From Candidatus Binatia bacterium (GTDB taxonomy: Bacteria > Desulfobacterota > Binatia > Bin18): 38,939 nucleotides of DNA. Under the pieces are notes generated by a model, which was given only the letters and a program-made list of their open reading frames with translations, ran no database searches and was not told the DNA's origin. The DNA lies in the NCBI GenBank assembly GCA_963666315.2, contig CAXXHG010000026.1, forward strand, positions 1 to 38,939, in the 5' to 3' direction. Shown here piece after piece: positions 10,821 to 20,164 of the stretch. A program made the translations under genes and the position numbers. How positions within the stretch are numbered: the stretch's first letter is position 1; the number at the start of each line of letters is the position of its first letter.

Positions 10821-11775
10821 GAGCAGCACCCCGCTGGATGCGGTCGGCAAGCAGGACTAAGCTGATAACAACGACCAGCAGCAGGAGCCCGGCAGTAAAC
10901 AAGGCGGCGCGGTGATCGCCTAGGGCAAAAGACATTTCCAGCGCAATATGTGCGGTCAGGGTACGTACCGGAGCAAACAGGCTGTCCGGCATATGAATCG
11001 TATTGCCCATGACCATGGCAACCGCCATCGTCTCACCGATAATCCGAGTAATGCCCAAGATCACCCCGGTCATGACGCCTGAACGCGCCGCAGGCAGAAC
11101 AATACTGCGCACTACCTGCCAGCGGCTACAGCCTAAGGCAAAGCCGCCTACAATATACTCGCGCGGAACCGCCTGAAGGGCTGACTCCGACACCAGGGCA
11201 ACCGTTGGCAGAACCATGATAGTGAGAATGCCGATTCCGACAAGAAGTGAGAAGCCGGGGGGATGATACGTATTAAGCCAGGTAACAAAAACAGTCAGCC
11301 CCCACAGGCCGTACACCACCGACGGAATCCCAGCTAACAAACCCAGCACCCCGTGCACGATTTTGATGATGGGCGCGGGCGCGTAGAATCTGGCAAAGAT
11401 AGCCGTGGCGATACCCAGTGGAGCTGCCAGAAGAATTGCCCCGAGTGTTGCGCACAGTGTCCCGACCAACATAGGGCTTAGGTTGAACTGGCCTCGCGCA
11501 GGAGCCCAGGTGAGGTCGGTGAAGAATCGGGTGATCCCATCAAGCCCACCTAGCCCATCTTGTCCATATTGGCCCAGCAGTGGAAAACTCTGCGCGCATA
11601 GATAGGCCAGGATGAAGACAATGACCAACGCCGCGATGCTTGCGCACAGACGTAGCGTCCAGACAAGAACCTGATCCCCCCAATTCTGCCAGTATTCCCC
11701 AGCTGCATAAGGCAGCAAAATGTCTCGATCCGCGATGGACCCTGAGGGGAATGAGGAGAATGACGGCCGGGACAT
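10813..11775 (-). CDS. pstC: Phosphate-type ABC permease PstC
   Basis: LLAGIPSVVYGLWGL, GETMAVAMVMGN, PVRTLTAHIALEM. Confidence 0.9.
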   Translation of the reverse strand: MSRPSFSSFPSGSIADRDILLPYAAGEYWQNWGDQVLVWTLRLCASIAALVIVFILAYLCAQSFPLLGQYGQDGLGGLDGITRFFTDLTWAPARGQFNLSPMLVGTLCATLGAILLAAPLGIATAIFARFYAPAPIIKIVHGVLGLLAGIPSVVYGLWGLTVFVTWLNTYHPPGFSLLVGIGILTIMVLPTVALVSESALQAVPREYIVGGFALGCSRWQVVRSIVLPAARSGVMTGVILGITRIIGETMAVAMVMGNTIHMPDSLFAPVRTLTAHIALEMSFALGDHRAALFTAGLLLLVVVISLVLLADRIQRGAAHA

Positions 11776-11778
11776 GGA

Positions 11779-12627
11779 TCAGTGTTGAGCGATTTGAGAG
11801 TAGGCGGGTACGAAATCGTGCTGCATCACGAGCCGCTGTCCTGTTGGGGTAAGGACAAAGTCAAGAAAGGCTTTGGCCAGACCTTGTGCGGGCTGAGCCG
11901 TGACGAAACTGAGCGGGCGAAGGAGTCCGTATGTCCCGTTTTGGACCTTAGTCTGTGTGGCGCTTACGCCGTCGAGTGCCAAGATTTTAATAGGCAGACC
12001 ACGCCGAATGGAGACTTCGGCTGCCCCAATGGAGACATACGCAATGGCCTGCGGGTTCCCGGCAATAGTGAGAATGGCCTGGCCATTCGGCCCGATGATA
12101 AGCGCGCTCGATACGACTTGCTCCGCAAGGTCGAAATACTGTTCGAAAAGCGTACGCGTACCCCGGCCTGCTTCTTTGTTGACCAGGACGACCTGGGCGT
12201 CGGCTCCGCCGAGCATATTCCAGTTGGTAGCAGTCCCGGTGTAGAGATCGATGACCTGCCGTTTGCTGAGACCGCCGACTGGATTGCTTGCATGGGCAAT
12301 GAGGGCAATGCCGTCTAGGGCAAAGGTCGTAAAGGTCAGCTGGCGGGTTTCGTTGTGCCGTAAGGGTCGCGAGACCATGCCTATGTCGGCCAGCCCGGTC
12401 TGGGGTGCTGTAATACCGACCGAAGAACCCCCGCCGTGGACATCAATGCGAACGTCGGCATGCTGTTTTTCAAATGCGAGCCCAAACGCTTCAGCCACAG
12501 GCTGAATAGTGCTGGAGCCGGCCAGTATGACATGCCCATTCAGCGGGGCGGCTAAAGCCGCACTTGTAAAGAGAGCTACTCCAAGGAAGCAGAAGACGCT
12601 GACAGCAGTCGGGATAATACGGCCCAT
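11779..12627 (-). CDS. pstS: Phosphate-type ABC substrate-binding protein (PstS-like)
   Basis: Signal peptide (AALA), GSSTIQP, GGGSSVG, DIGMVSR; RBS GGGAGAG before ATG 12627. Confidence 0.85.
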   Translation of the reverse strand: MGRIIPTAVSVFCFLGVALFTSAALAAPLNGHVILAGSSTIQPVAEAFGLAFEKQHADVRIDVHGGGSSVGITAPQTGLADIGMVSRPLRHNETRQLTFTTFALDGIALIAHASNPVGGLSKRQVIDLYTGTATNWNMLGGADAQVVLVNKEAGRGTRTLFEQYFDLAEQVVSSALIIGPNGQAILTIAGNPQAIAYVSIGAAEVSIRRGLPIKILALDGVSATQTKVQNGTYGLLRPLSFVTAQPAQGLAKAFLDFVLTPTGQRLVMQHDFVPAYSQIAQH

Positions 12628-12647
12628 ATTCTCTCCCAAAGACAGGC

Positions 12648-13652
12648 TTATTCGGCCAGCGCCCCGCCGCACGAACTCCCCGCGCCGGCCGTGCAGCCGT
12701 AGCAGTGCGAGTCGAGCCTAATGTCTTGGCCCACAAGCTGGCGCACCAGGTCGTCCGCAGATTGATCTCCCAGCCGTAGTGGCCGGCCGTTCCCCAGCCG
12801 CAGGTTCAGCATCTGATTAAAATCGCAGTCAAACAGATAGCCATCCCACGAGACGCTGACTAAGTGGCGGCACATCAGATTGTCGAGCGTACTGGGATTA
12901 AAAGACGCTGCGAGCAGCTGCATGTATGCGGCGAGCTTTCCCTCTCGTTCGAGACTATGGGCAAACCGGGCGATCGGCATATTGGTGATGGTGTATAGAC
13001 TGTTAAAGGAGATGCCGAAGCGTCGGCCCAGCTCTCTTTTATAGTCCGTCTCTAATTGGTCCTGGGATGGGGGCAGATGGGTGCCGACCGGATTATAGAC
13101 CAAATTGAGCAGCAGCCCCGACCCCGCTCGTCCATAGCCGAGCGCATTGAAGCGCCGCAGAGCTTGAATCGATTTGTCATACACACCCTGGCCGCGTTGG
13201 GCAGTCACGTTTTCTTCTGAGTAGCAGGGTAAACTGGCAATAATTTCGACACGCTGTTCAGTCAGAAATTCGGCCAAATCTTCTTGGCCTGGTTCGAACA
13301 GGACCGTGAGGTTGCAGCGGTCGATGACATGCCGACCGTCTCGGCGCGTTTGCTCAACAAGAAAACGAAACGAGGCATTCAGTTCTGGCGCACCACCAGT
13401 GATATCAACAGTCTGCGCGTTGGCCGCCCGCGTCAGGTCTAGTGCCAGCTCGGCTGTGCGGCGATCCATAATCTCCGTGCGCTTGGGGCCGGCGTCCACA
13501 TGACAATGCAAGCAGGCTTGGTTGCACAACTTCCCCACATTGATTTGGACGATCTCAAGAGCGGTCCGTTTGAGGCCGGTGAGGCCGGCTGCCTCTTGAC
13601 GAACACGTTGCGCAAAGGATTGTATGGCAAAGGATTGCACGGCGGTTGGCAT
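12648..13652 (-). CDS. arsS: Arsenosugar-biosynthesis radical SAM protein (ArsS family)
   Basis: QINVGKLCNQACLHCHV, IDRCNLT, ASLPCY, YLFDCDFNQ, C-terminal HCYGCTAGAGSSCGG. Confidence 0.88.
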   Translation of the reverse strand: MPTAVQSFAIQSFAQRVRQEAAGLTGLKRTALEIVQINVGKLCNQACLHCHVDAGPKRTEIMDRRTAELALDLTRAANAQTVDITGGAPELNASFRFLVEQTRRDGRHVIDRCNLTVLFEPGQEDLAEFLTEQRVEIIASLPCYSEENVTAQRGQGVYDKSIQALRRFNALGYGRAGSGLLLNLVYNPVGTHLPPSQDQLETDYKRELGRRFGISFNSLYTITNMPIARFAHSLEREGKLAAYMQLLAASFNPSTLDNLMCRHLVSVSWDGYLFDCDFNQMLNLRLGNGRPLRLGDQSADDLVRQLVGQDIRLDSHCYGCTAGAGSSCGGALAE

Positions 13653-13684
13653 GCTTCTTCCCTATTTTTCCCTAGCTTTTGTCC

Positions 13685-14869
13685 TTAGCAAGACTCACCG
13701 GGCTCGCAGCAGGCTGCAGCTTGGGTAGTGGCACGATATTCGAGCCCCTTGGTTTCGCGTGGGTTGCGCACACTGTCTCGACTACAGTCGAACGCCGGAG
13801 CGTCTTCCAGCGCGATTGGGGTCAAAGGTTGAACCGGGATGATTTCCTGAGCGTAAGGCTCTCTAGCATAGATATTGAACGTCTTCTGACATACCGCCAT
13901 GGGCACGCCGCGGATGAGGGTATGGCCGTCGTCGTCTTTGACTTCACTCCACGGACCGCGATAGATGACGGCCTGATTCCGATCCCAGCACGTGCCTTGT
14001 TTGCCTTTGTATGCGACCAGGGTCAGTGACCGAAACTCGATGCCTTCGACCGTGCGCCAGGGTTGCTCGTCGCGTTTGAGAACGGCCATGCCGTAGAAGC
14101 CTGCCTCTTCGAATGCGGCGATGAATTCCTTTTCCTGCATCGCACCGGAGACACAGCCGCTCCAGAGTTCCGGGTCTTCTTTTAGCTGAGTGGGCACCGG
14201 CTCATCTGCAACGATATCGGAGATGACTGCACGTCCGCCTTTACGCAAGACGCGGAAGATTTCACTAAACAGTTGTCGTTTGTCGCTGTCCTGGACCAGG
14301 TTCAACACACAATTGGAGACCACCACATCGACCGAATCGTCTGCAATCAGTGGCCGGAGCGTCTTCTGCTCAGCCATGCTGGCTTCAAACGCCTGAAAAT
14401 CTTCGACCGAAGAGACAGGATGCTGGCGCAGATAATCGTCTGCCGCGTTCAAGTCTGTGCGTAGATCCTGAATCTTGCCTCGGAGAAATTCGACGTTGTG
14501 ATAGCCGAGTTGTTCACCAACGGAATGGCGGTATTTCTCGGCCAAACTCAACATGTCGAGTGTCATATCCACGCCGATGACCTTACCCTCGGCGCCCACG
14601 ACTTGGGCGGCAATATAACAAATTTTACCCGCGCCTGAGCCCAGATCCAGTACTGTCTCACCTGGTTGGAGGTGTTGCGAAGGGTCACCACATCCATAGT
14701 CGCGCTCCATAATCTCCTCAGGAATGATTTTTAAAAAATGTGGATTATAATCAACCGGACAACACAACGCCGCCTCAGCCTGCTGCGCACCGGCTGCGTA
14801 CCGTTCCTTGACCGCCTGCTCAACATTGAGGTGCTCAACATTGAGGAGTTCCGCCGACAATTTCGCCAT
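13685..14869 (-). CDS. ArsM-like SAM methyltransferase (long form that accompanies ArsS)
   Basis: LCCP, YGCGDP, VLDLGSGAG, VSNCVLNL, WSGCVSGA, C-terminal CC. Confidence 0.85.
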   Translation of the reverse strand: MAKLSAELLNVEHLNVEQAVKERYAAGAQQAEAALCCPVDYNPHFLKIIPEEIMERDYGCGDPSQHLQPGETVLDLGSGAGKICYIAAQVVGAEGKVIGVDMTLDMLSLAEKYRHSVGEQLGYHNVEFLRGKIQDLRTDLNAADDYLRQHPVSSVEDFQAFEASMAEQKTLRPLIADDSVDVVVSNCVLNLVQDSDKRQLFSEIFRVLRKGGRAVISDIVADEPVPTQLKEDPELWSGCVSGAMQEKEFIAAFEEAGFYGMAVLKRDEQPWRTVEGIEFRSLTLVAYKGKQGTCWDRNQAVIYRGPWSEVKDDDGHTLIRGVPMAVCQKTFNIYAREPYAQEIIPVQPLTPIALEDAPAFDCSRDSVRNPRETKGLEYRATTQAAACCEPGESC

Positions 14870-15079
14870 TTAGGCCCCCTTCTTGATATCTGCTTGATAT
14901 CTGTGTGACTGCGCACAGATAGTATCGTATCTTGTCGTCAAGATGCTAGAGTTCCGATGCTGGAACCCGCTGATGGTTTCACAACAAGAACCCCTGGGAC
15001 CGTCAAGAAGTTCCCACAATCGTTGGGATTTTAGAGAAAAGAGAGCGGCATGGCGCGAAGTTTGGGGTGTCGGGAGAGG

Positions 15080-15124
15080 GTCTTTAGTCAGGTCGAGTTC
15101 CCTTTCAGTTTGTATCTCTGCCAT
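15080..15124 (-). pseudogene. Possible N-terminal remnant of a TusA/SirA family protein
   Basis: MAEIQTERELDLTKD resembles a TusA start, but the CP motif and the remainder are absent. Confidence 0.3.
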
Positions 15125-15223
15125 TATTACTGGCCTTATATCGTTGTTGTAAAATTAAGCTATTTTCTGAAGATCTGAAAGGGTATGATTTTTCTATACT
15201 CATGGGAGGAGAGACGAAGAGCT

Positions 15224-16501
15224 ATGCCGACTACCAAAGGTCAAGCTATACCGATAACTCCGTCCGAAACGGGTTCAATACCTGCAGGCAACAGTCCGGC
15301 ACGGACCGCAGACAACGCGGCTGGATTTCGCCTCCTACCCAGCTTTGAGCGTTTCAATCAAAAGGACGATGTCTTTCGTCGCTCATGGTGGGATAAGCGC
15401 ATTCGGAATCGGAAAACCGAGCTGTTCTACGAAACCTATCGTGAGCCGCTCAAGACCTGGCGTAAGGTCGATGGCTTTACGCAAAAGGATTATGCGCTCC
15501 GTAATGCGACCTGGCACGTAAGCGATATTTTTACGGAACTCAAACAAGACGAAGACCGTCGTGAGGGCTTCAATGACGAGTTCACGTTGTACCGGGATGT
15601 TGCTGACGAACAAATGGATCTCGGCAGCCCGGAAGAGGCCGCGGCTGAGATCAAACGAGTCGGTAAAGGCTTAGGCGCCGACCTGATCGGCATTACCGAC
15701 TATGACGAACGCTGGATGTACGTCAACAAGTTCAGCGATATGAGCAAAAGCGAGAAGCCCCAAGAAATTCCTGAAGGGCTGCCGTATGTCGTTGTGATCG
15801 CGCAGGCCATGGACTACGATCTGATTCGGACCGTTCCCTCAGCCCTCAGCGGCGCAGCGACCGGCTTGGGGTATTCACACGACGCACTCGTGGTGCTCTC
15901 GCTCACTCAGTACATCCGCAACCTGGGCTATAACGCCATCGCCAGTATGAACGACTCGGCGTTAGCGATTCCGTATGCGATCAAAGCCGGCCTAGGCGAG
16001 TATGGCCGGCACGGACTCTTGATAACGAAAGAGTTTGGGCCGCGGGTACGGCTGGGAAAAATTTTTACCAATTTGCCGCTGGCGCTTGATACACCGATTC
16101 AGTTTGGCGTCAAAGAGTTTTGCAATATCTGTCAGCGTTGTTCGGCCGGCTGTCCGGTTAACGCCATCCCTTCAAGTCCGCCCTCAGACACAGTCTACAA
16201 CCAGTCCAACATCAAAGGGGTAGTCAAATGGACGGTCGATGGCGAGAAGTGTTTTGGCTATTGGGCTGCGCAGAATAGCGATTGTTCAATCTGTATTCGA
16301 GTCTGTCCGTACAACAAAGACTTCTCAAATTGGTATACGCGTGTGGGCCGCCGGCTGGCCGGAACCTGGCTCCGGCGGGTTATGCTGCGGCTCGATATCG
16401 CTCTAGGCTTTGGGGGCCGTGTGCCGTCCAAACGCTGGTGGCGAGGAGAGCCGGAGACGCTGTTGGAGCGTGTGCGGCAGGCGGTGGGATGGGTAAAATA
16501 A
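15224..16501 (+). CDS. rdhA: Cobalamin/Fe-S reductive dehalogenase family protein (no TAT peptide)
   Basis: GADLIGI...DERW.Y, AIKAGLGEYGRHG.LIT.EFGPRVRL, FCNICQRCSAGCP and C...W...CSICIRVCP; RBS GGAGG upstream. Confidence 0.8.
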   Translation: MPTTKGQAIPITPSETGSIPAGNSPARTADNAAGFRLLPSFERFNQKDDVFRRSWWDKRIRNRKTELFYETYREPLKTWRKVDGFTQKDYALRNATWHVSDIFTELKQDEDRREGFNDEFTLYRDVADEQMDLGSPEEAAAEIKRVGKGLGADLIGITDYDERWMYVNKFSDMSKSEKPQEIPEGLPYVVVIAQAMDYDLIRTVPSALSGAATGLGYSHDALVVLSLTQYIRNLGYNAIASMNDSALAIPYAIKAGLGEYGRHGLLITKEFGPRVRLGKIFTNLPLALDTPIQFGVKEFCNICQRCSAGCPVNAIPSSPPSDTVYNQSNIKGVVKWTVDGEKCFGYWAAQNSDCSICIRVCPYNKDFSNWYTRVGRRLAGTWLRRVMLRLDIALGFGGRVPSKRWWRGEPETLLERVRQAVGWVK

Positions 16502-16502
16502 A

Positions 16503-17876
16503 TTATCCCGGAAACGACACCTCAGGCACGGACTGCAAGGCCTTTTCTATTGCCTCAGTCGGATACTCATACCGCTCCAGCTTGCCGGCATGGTAGTCGG
16601 CATACGCGGTCATATCGAAGTGGCCGTGCCCGCTCAGATTGAAAGCAATGACTTTCTTCTCACCACTCTCGCGACATATGACGGCTTCATTAATAGCGGC
16701 ACAGATGGCGTGATTGGATTCCGGCGCCGGGACAATGCCCTCCGCTCGGGCAAACGTGACTCCGGCCTCAAAGGTATCGATTTGGTCAATGGCCGTTGCC
16801 TCAATATAGCCGCCGTTGACCAGGGCGCTCACATGCGGGGCCATGCCGTGATAGCGCAGCCCGCCGGCATGAATGGCTGCCGGCATAAACGAATGACCCA
16901 GGGTATACATCCGACAGATGGGCGCGATACCACCGGCGTCGGCCCAATCCCAGGTGAACGAGCCTTTCGTCAGGGTCGGGCACGCGGCCGGTTCTACGGC
17001 CAGGATCCGCGTGTTCTTGCCGTGCTTCAGATTTTCCCGGATAAACGGAAAGGCAAACCCGGCGAAATTTGATCCTCCCCCGGCGCAGCCGATCACAATG
17101 TCCGGATACTCGCCCGCCATTTCCAGCTGGAGTAACGTCTCTTCGCCGATGATAGTTTGGTGCAGCAGAACGTGCGGCAGGAAAGAGCCCAAGCAGTATT
17201 TCTTCGTGCCACCGGATTTCTGGGCAGCCTCAATACCCTCTGAGACAGCCATGCCGAGTGAGCCGGGATGCTCCGGGTCTTCAGCCAGAAATCTGCGTCC
17301 GACCTCGGTCCGGTCCGACGGGCTGGCGTAGACCTCGGCCCCATAGGTTTCGATGACATAACGACGATACGGCTTTTGCTGGTACGAGATACGGACCATA
17401 TACACTTCGCAGCCCAGGCCGAACATATTGCAGGCCATAGCCAGCGCCGTCCCCCATTGGCCCGCACCCGTCTCCGTGGTCAGGGTCTTGATGCCTTCTT
17501 CTTTGGCGTAAAACGCCTGAGCCACGGCCGTATTGGGTTTATGTGAGCCGACCGGACTGACGCCCTCGTATTTGTAATAGATATGCGCCGGAGTCTGGAG
17601 CGCTTGCTCTAAGCGCCGGGCGCGAAGAAAAGGCGTCGGACGCCAGAGTTTGTAAATATCACGCACCGGCCCAGGAATCTCAATATAACGCTCCTGGCTC
17701 ATATCCTGGGCGAGCAGGGCCGTCAGCGTAAAGGTATTGAGGTACTCGGGCGTAACCGGCTGTTTTGTTTCCGGATGCAGCGGCGGCAGCATCGGCACTG
17801 GCATATCAGCATTGATGTTATACCACGCCTTGGGCATCTGGCTTTCGTCCAGCAGAAATTTGATTTGGTCGCTCAC
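16503..17876 (-). CDS. trpB: TrpB2-type tryptophan synthase beta chain
   Basis: [51 protein letters not shown]. Confidence 0.92.
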   Translation of the reverse strand: MSDQIKFLLDESQMPKAWYNINADMPVPMLPPLHPETKQPVTPEYLNTFTLTALLAQDMSQERYIEIPGPVRDIYKLWRPTPFLRARRLEQALQTPAHIYYKYEGVSPVGSHKPNTAVAQAFYAKEEGIKTLTTETGAGQWGTALAMACNMFGLGCEVYMVRISYQQKPYRRYVIETYGAEVYASPSDRTEVGRRFLAEDPEHPGSLGMAVSEGIEAAQKSGGTKKYCLGSFLPHVLLHQTIIGEETLLQLEMAGEYPDIVIGCAGGGSNFAGFAFPFIRENLKHGKNTRILAVEPAACPTLTKGSFTWDWADAGGIAPICRMYTLGHSFMPAAIHAGGLRYHGMAPHVSALVNGGYIEATAIDQIDTFEAGVTFARAEGIVPAPESNHAICAAINEAVICRESGEKKVIAFNLSGHGHFDMTAYADYHAGKLERYEYPTEAIEKALQSVPEVSFPG

Positions 17877-17898
17877 GACGTGGTCCTTACTGTATGAG

Positions 17899-18011
17899 GT
17901 AGGGTGAGTCCTTCAGACCCACCATTTATTCGGTGGGTTTCACCGTGCTCTACCCACCCTACGAACTAGTGGGAGAGGGTGTCGTCCACGTAGTGGACGC
18001 GGGTGAGGGGG
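17899..18011. repeat. Cluster of REP-like palindromes
   Basis: GTAGGGTG...CCCACC / GGTGGG...CCCACCCTAC inverted pair, followed by a GGGAGAGGG...GGGTGAGGGG element. Confidence 0.55.
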
Positions 18012-18015
18012 CATC

Positions 18016-18258
18016 CTACCGCCCGTGCTGCACCTGGGTTACATCGCGCACCGCGCCTCGTGCGGCACTCGTGGTGAGAGCGGCATAGGCTTGCAGCGCC
18101 GCCGACACATGGCGTTGGCGTTTTATTGGCCGATAGGCGTCTTTGCCTTTGGCTTCCATCTTTTTGCGCCGCTCGGCTAGCTCCTCGACGGAAAGCAGGA
18201 CATTGACCGAACGGTTGGGAATATCAATCTTGATCATATCGCCGTCCTCGACCAAGGC
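18016..18258 (-). pseudogene. ilvD: C-terminal fragment of dihydroxy-acid dehydratase
   Basis: [16 protein letters not shown]...[23 protein letters not shown]; the first several hundred residues are absent. Confidence 0.88.
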
Positions 18259-18499
18259 GCGTGCACCTGCCATGCGTCGTCCGTGGGTCGTAATGCTGCT
18301 GCGGAATCCTCAGTGTTGCATAATTCCTGGCCTCCTTATGCGCAGGCTAGGGAGCATAGCATCTTTTTTTCAACCAGTCGTTATACCGGGCATTTATATG
18401 TCCGGCATTTCTTTACACTGGTTGCATTCGTCTTACTGGTCACCCTGGTCACACTTGCCCATCCGATTACCCACTTATGGTCTGGGGAACAGGAATCTA

Positions 18500-19957
18500 C
18501 TACGGGACGAGACGATCTCCCGCCGTAGCGGGGACTGCGCGCCCCTCCTCATGGTAGGTCTCTTCGGTATTCACCGACCACACATCGCAGACTTCGCCCA
18601 CAATGTTTCGGGCCGCATAGATGCCGGTTAACATCGAATGGTCCTGATTATTATAGCGATGCAAACCATTGCGCCCGACTGTCTGTAGATTCTGAAAGCG
18701 TTCAAGATAGCGACGGATGGTTGCCACGTGCTGAACGTAGTGTTGATCATACACGGGATAGGCTTTTTTCATGCGAACGACCGTACTATCCTCGACATCG
18801 CGTGGCTGAATCAAGCCAATCTGGCCGCCCTCCCGAATGCCTCGTTCAATGAGTCGTTCATCAGACCACGTCCATTCGTCATCCGTGTCCCACAGGAAGT
18901 ATTCGAGTACGAGTGAGGTTCGACTCGGATCGGGAACCATCTCCGAGCTCCAGTTTTTGTAATTTTGAATGCGCCCCATGCGGACCTCAGGGGAGTGAAT
19001 GTATATCCAGTTATCCGGAAAAACATCAGCTTGTTTGACAATCAAAACAACGGTCAGGTAGTCACGGTAGCGCAGTTGGCGTGCAGCCTGCACGACTTCG
19101 GAGGGGGGTGCTGGGGTCAGGGCCAAAATGAGTTCTTGGAGGGGCATGGTTGAGATGCAGGCGTGCGTCTCAAAGCTCAGGCGTGCGCCTTGGGACGTTC
19201 GGCTCACGACTTGAGTCACGCGGTCATTGTGGTGCGCAATCTGCTCAACGCGGACCCCACGTATGGTCTGGCTGCCACCGGCACTCAGCAGGGACTCGCA
19301 CGTTTCCCACATCATGCCTGGCCCCAGGCGTGGATAATGGAACTGGTCGATCAGCGTGGTAATCACCTGGCCGCTGCGTGTTCCCCACGACCCGATCAAC
19401 GCAGCTCGCAGTGCCTTCCACAGGGAGAGATCCTTGATGCGTTGGGCTGCCCAGTCCGCGGCAATATCGGTACACGGCATGCCCCATACTTTCTCCGTAT
19501 AGGTCCGAAAAAAGATCTGATACAGGCGATACCCAAAACGGTTCGCCACCCACTCTTCTAAATTTTCCGCCGGCTTATATGGGAAGAGTTGGGCCTTGGT
19601 GTAACTCAAAATGACGCGCAGGGCCTCCACCAGACCAAGTCCGGCTATGGCGTTCGAGGCTTTCAGCGGGTAATCAAAAAAGTGACCCCGGTAATGGATA
19701 CGCGACAGCCTGGGGCGGAGTAAGAAATCCTCGCCCAGAATCTCTTGCCATACGTCGTTAATAAGCGGCACCTTCGAAAAAAAGCGGTGGCCGCCGATAT
19801 CAAAGCGATAGCCCTGATAGCGCTCCGTACGGGACAAGCCTCCCACGCAATTATCTGCTTCTAGGATAGTCGCCGGTCGGCCATGTTTCATGAGCTCGTA
19901 GGCGGCGGTGAGGCCCGCCGGACCCGCCCCAATGATGACGATTGGACTTTCTGCCAT
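18500..19957 (-). CDS. FAD-dependent oxidoreductase (UDP-galactopyranose mutase/protoporphyrinogen oxidase-like, glycosylation-associated)
   Basis: IIGAGPAGLTAA, FDIGGHRFFSK, FPDNWIYIH, GRNGLHRYNNQDHSM. Confidence 0.85.
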   Translation of the reverse strand: MAESPIVIIGAGPAGLTAAYELMKHGRPATILEADNCVGGLSRTERYQGYRFDIGGHRFFSKVPLINDVWQEILGEDFLLRPRLSRIHYRGHFFDYPLKASNAIAGLGLVEALRVILSYTKAQLFPYKPAENLEEWVANRFGYRLYQIFFRTYTEKVWGMPCTDIAADWAAQRIKDLSLWKALRAALIGSWGTRSGQVITTLIDQFHYPRLGPGMMWETCESLLSAGGSQTIRGVRVEQIAHHNDRVTQVVSRTSQGARLSFETHACISTMPLQELILALTPAPPSEVVQAARQLRYRDYLTVVLIVKQADVFPDNWIYIHSPEVRMGRIQNYKNWSSEMVPDPSRTSLVLEYFLWDTDDEWTWSDERLIERGIREGGQIGLIQPRDVEDSTVVRMKKAYPVYDQHYVQHVATIRRYLERFQNLQTVGRNGLHRYNNQDHSMLTGIYAARNIVGEVCDVWSVNTEETYHEEGRAVPATAGDRLVP

Positions 19958-20164
19958 AGCGTATCTGTAGCAACGCTTCGTTGGCCAACGTCTCGCTCTA
20001 GCTGCTTTTCGCACTGAGAGCAAGCCGCATGCTGGTCCGTTGTCGCCGTGACCGTCTGCTGCCATCCTTCCCGCATCTCTCGCTGAAAGGTCAAAGGGTT
20101 CTTCACGCCTAGCCTTGCCGGCCCGAGACTCCGCTTATACCTTTGCGTCCATTACTCGGATCAG

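Noticed and set aside
12648-14869. Sec in ArsS or the ArsM-like protein
   Set aside because: Some family members carry Sec, but here the motif positions are Cys codons and both ORFs are uninterrupted.
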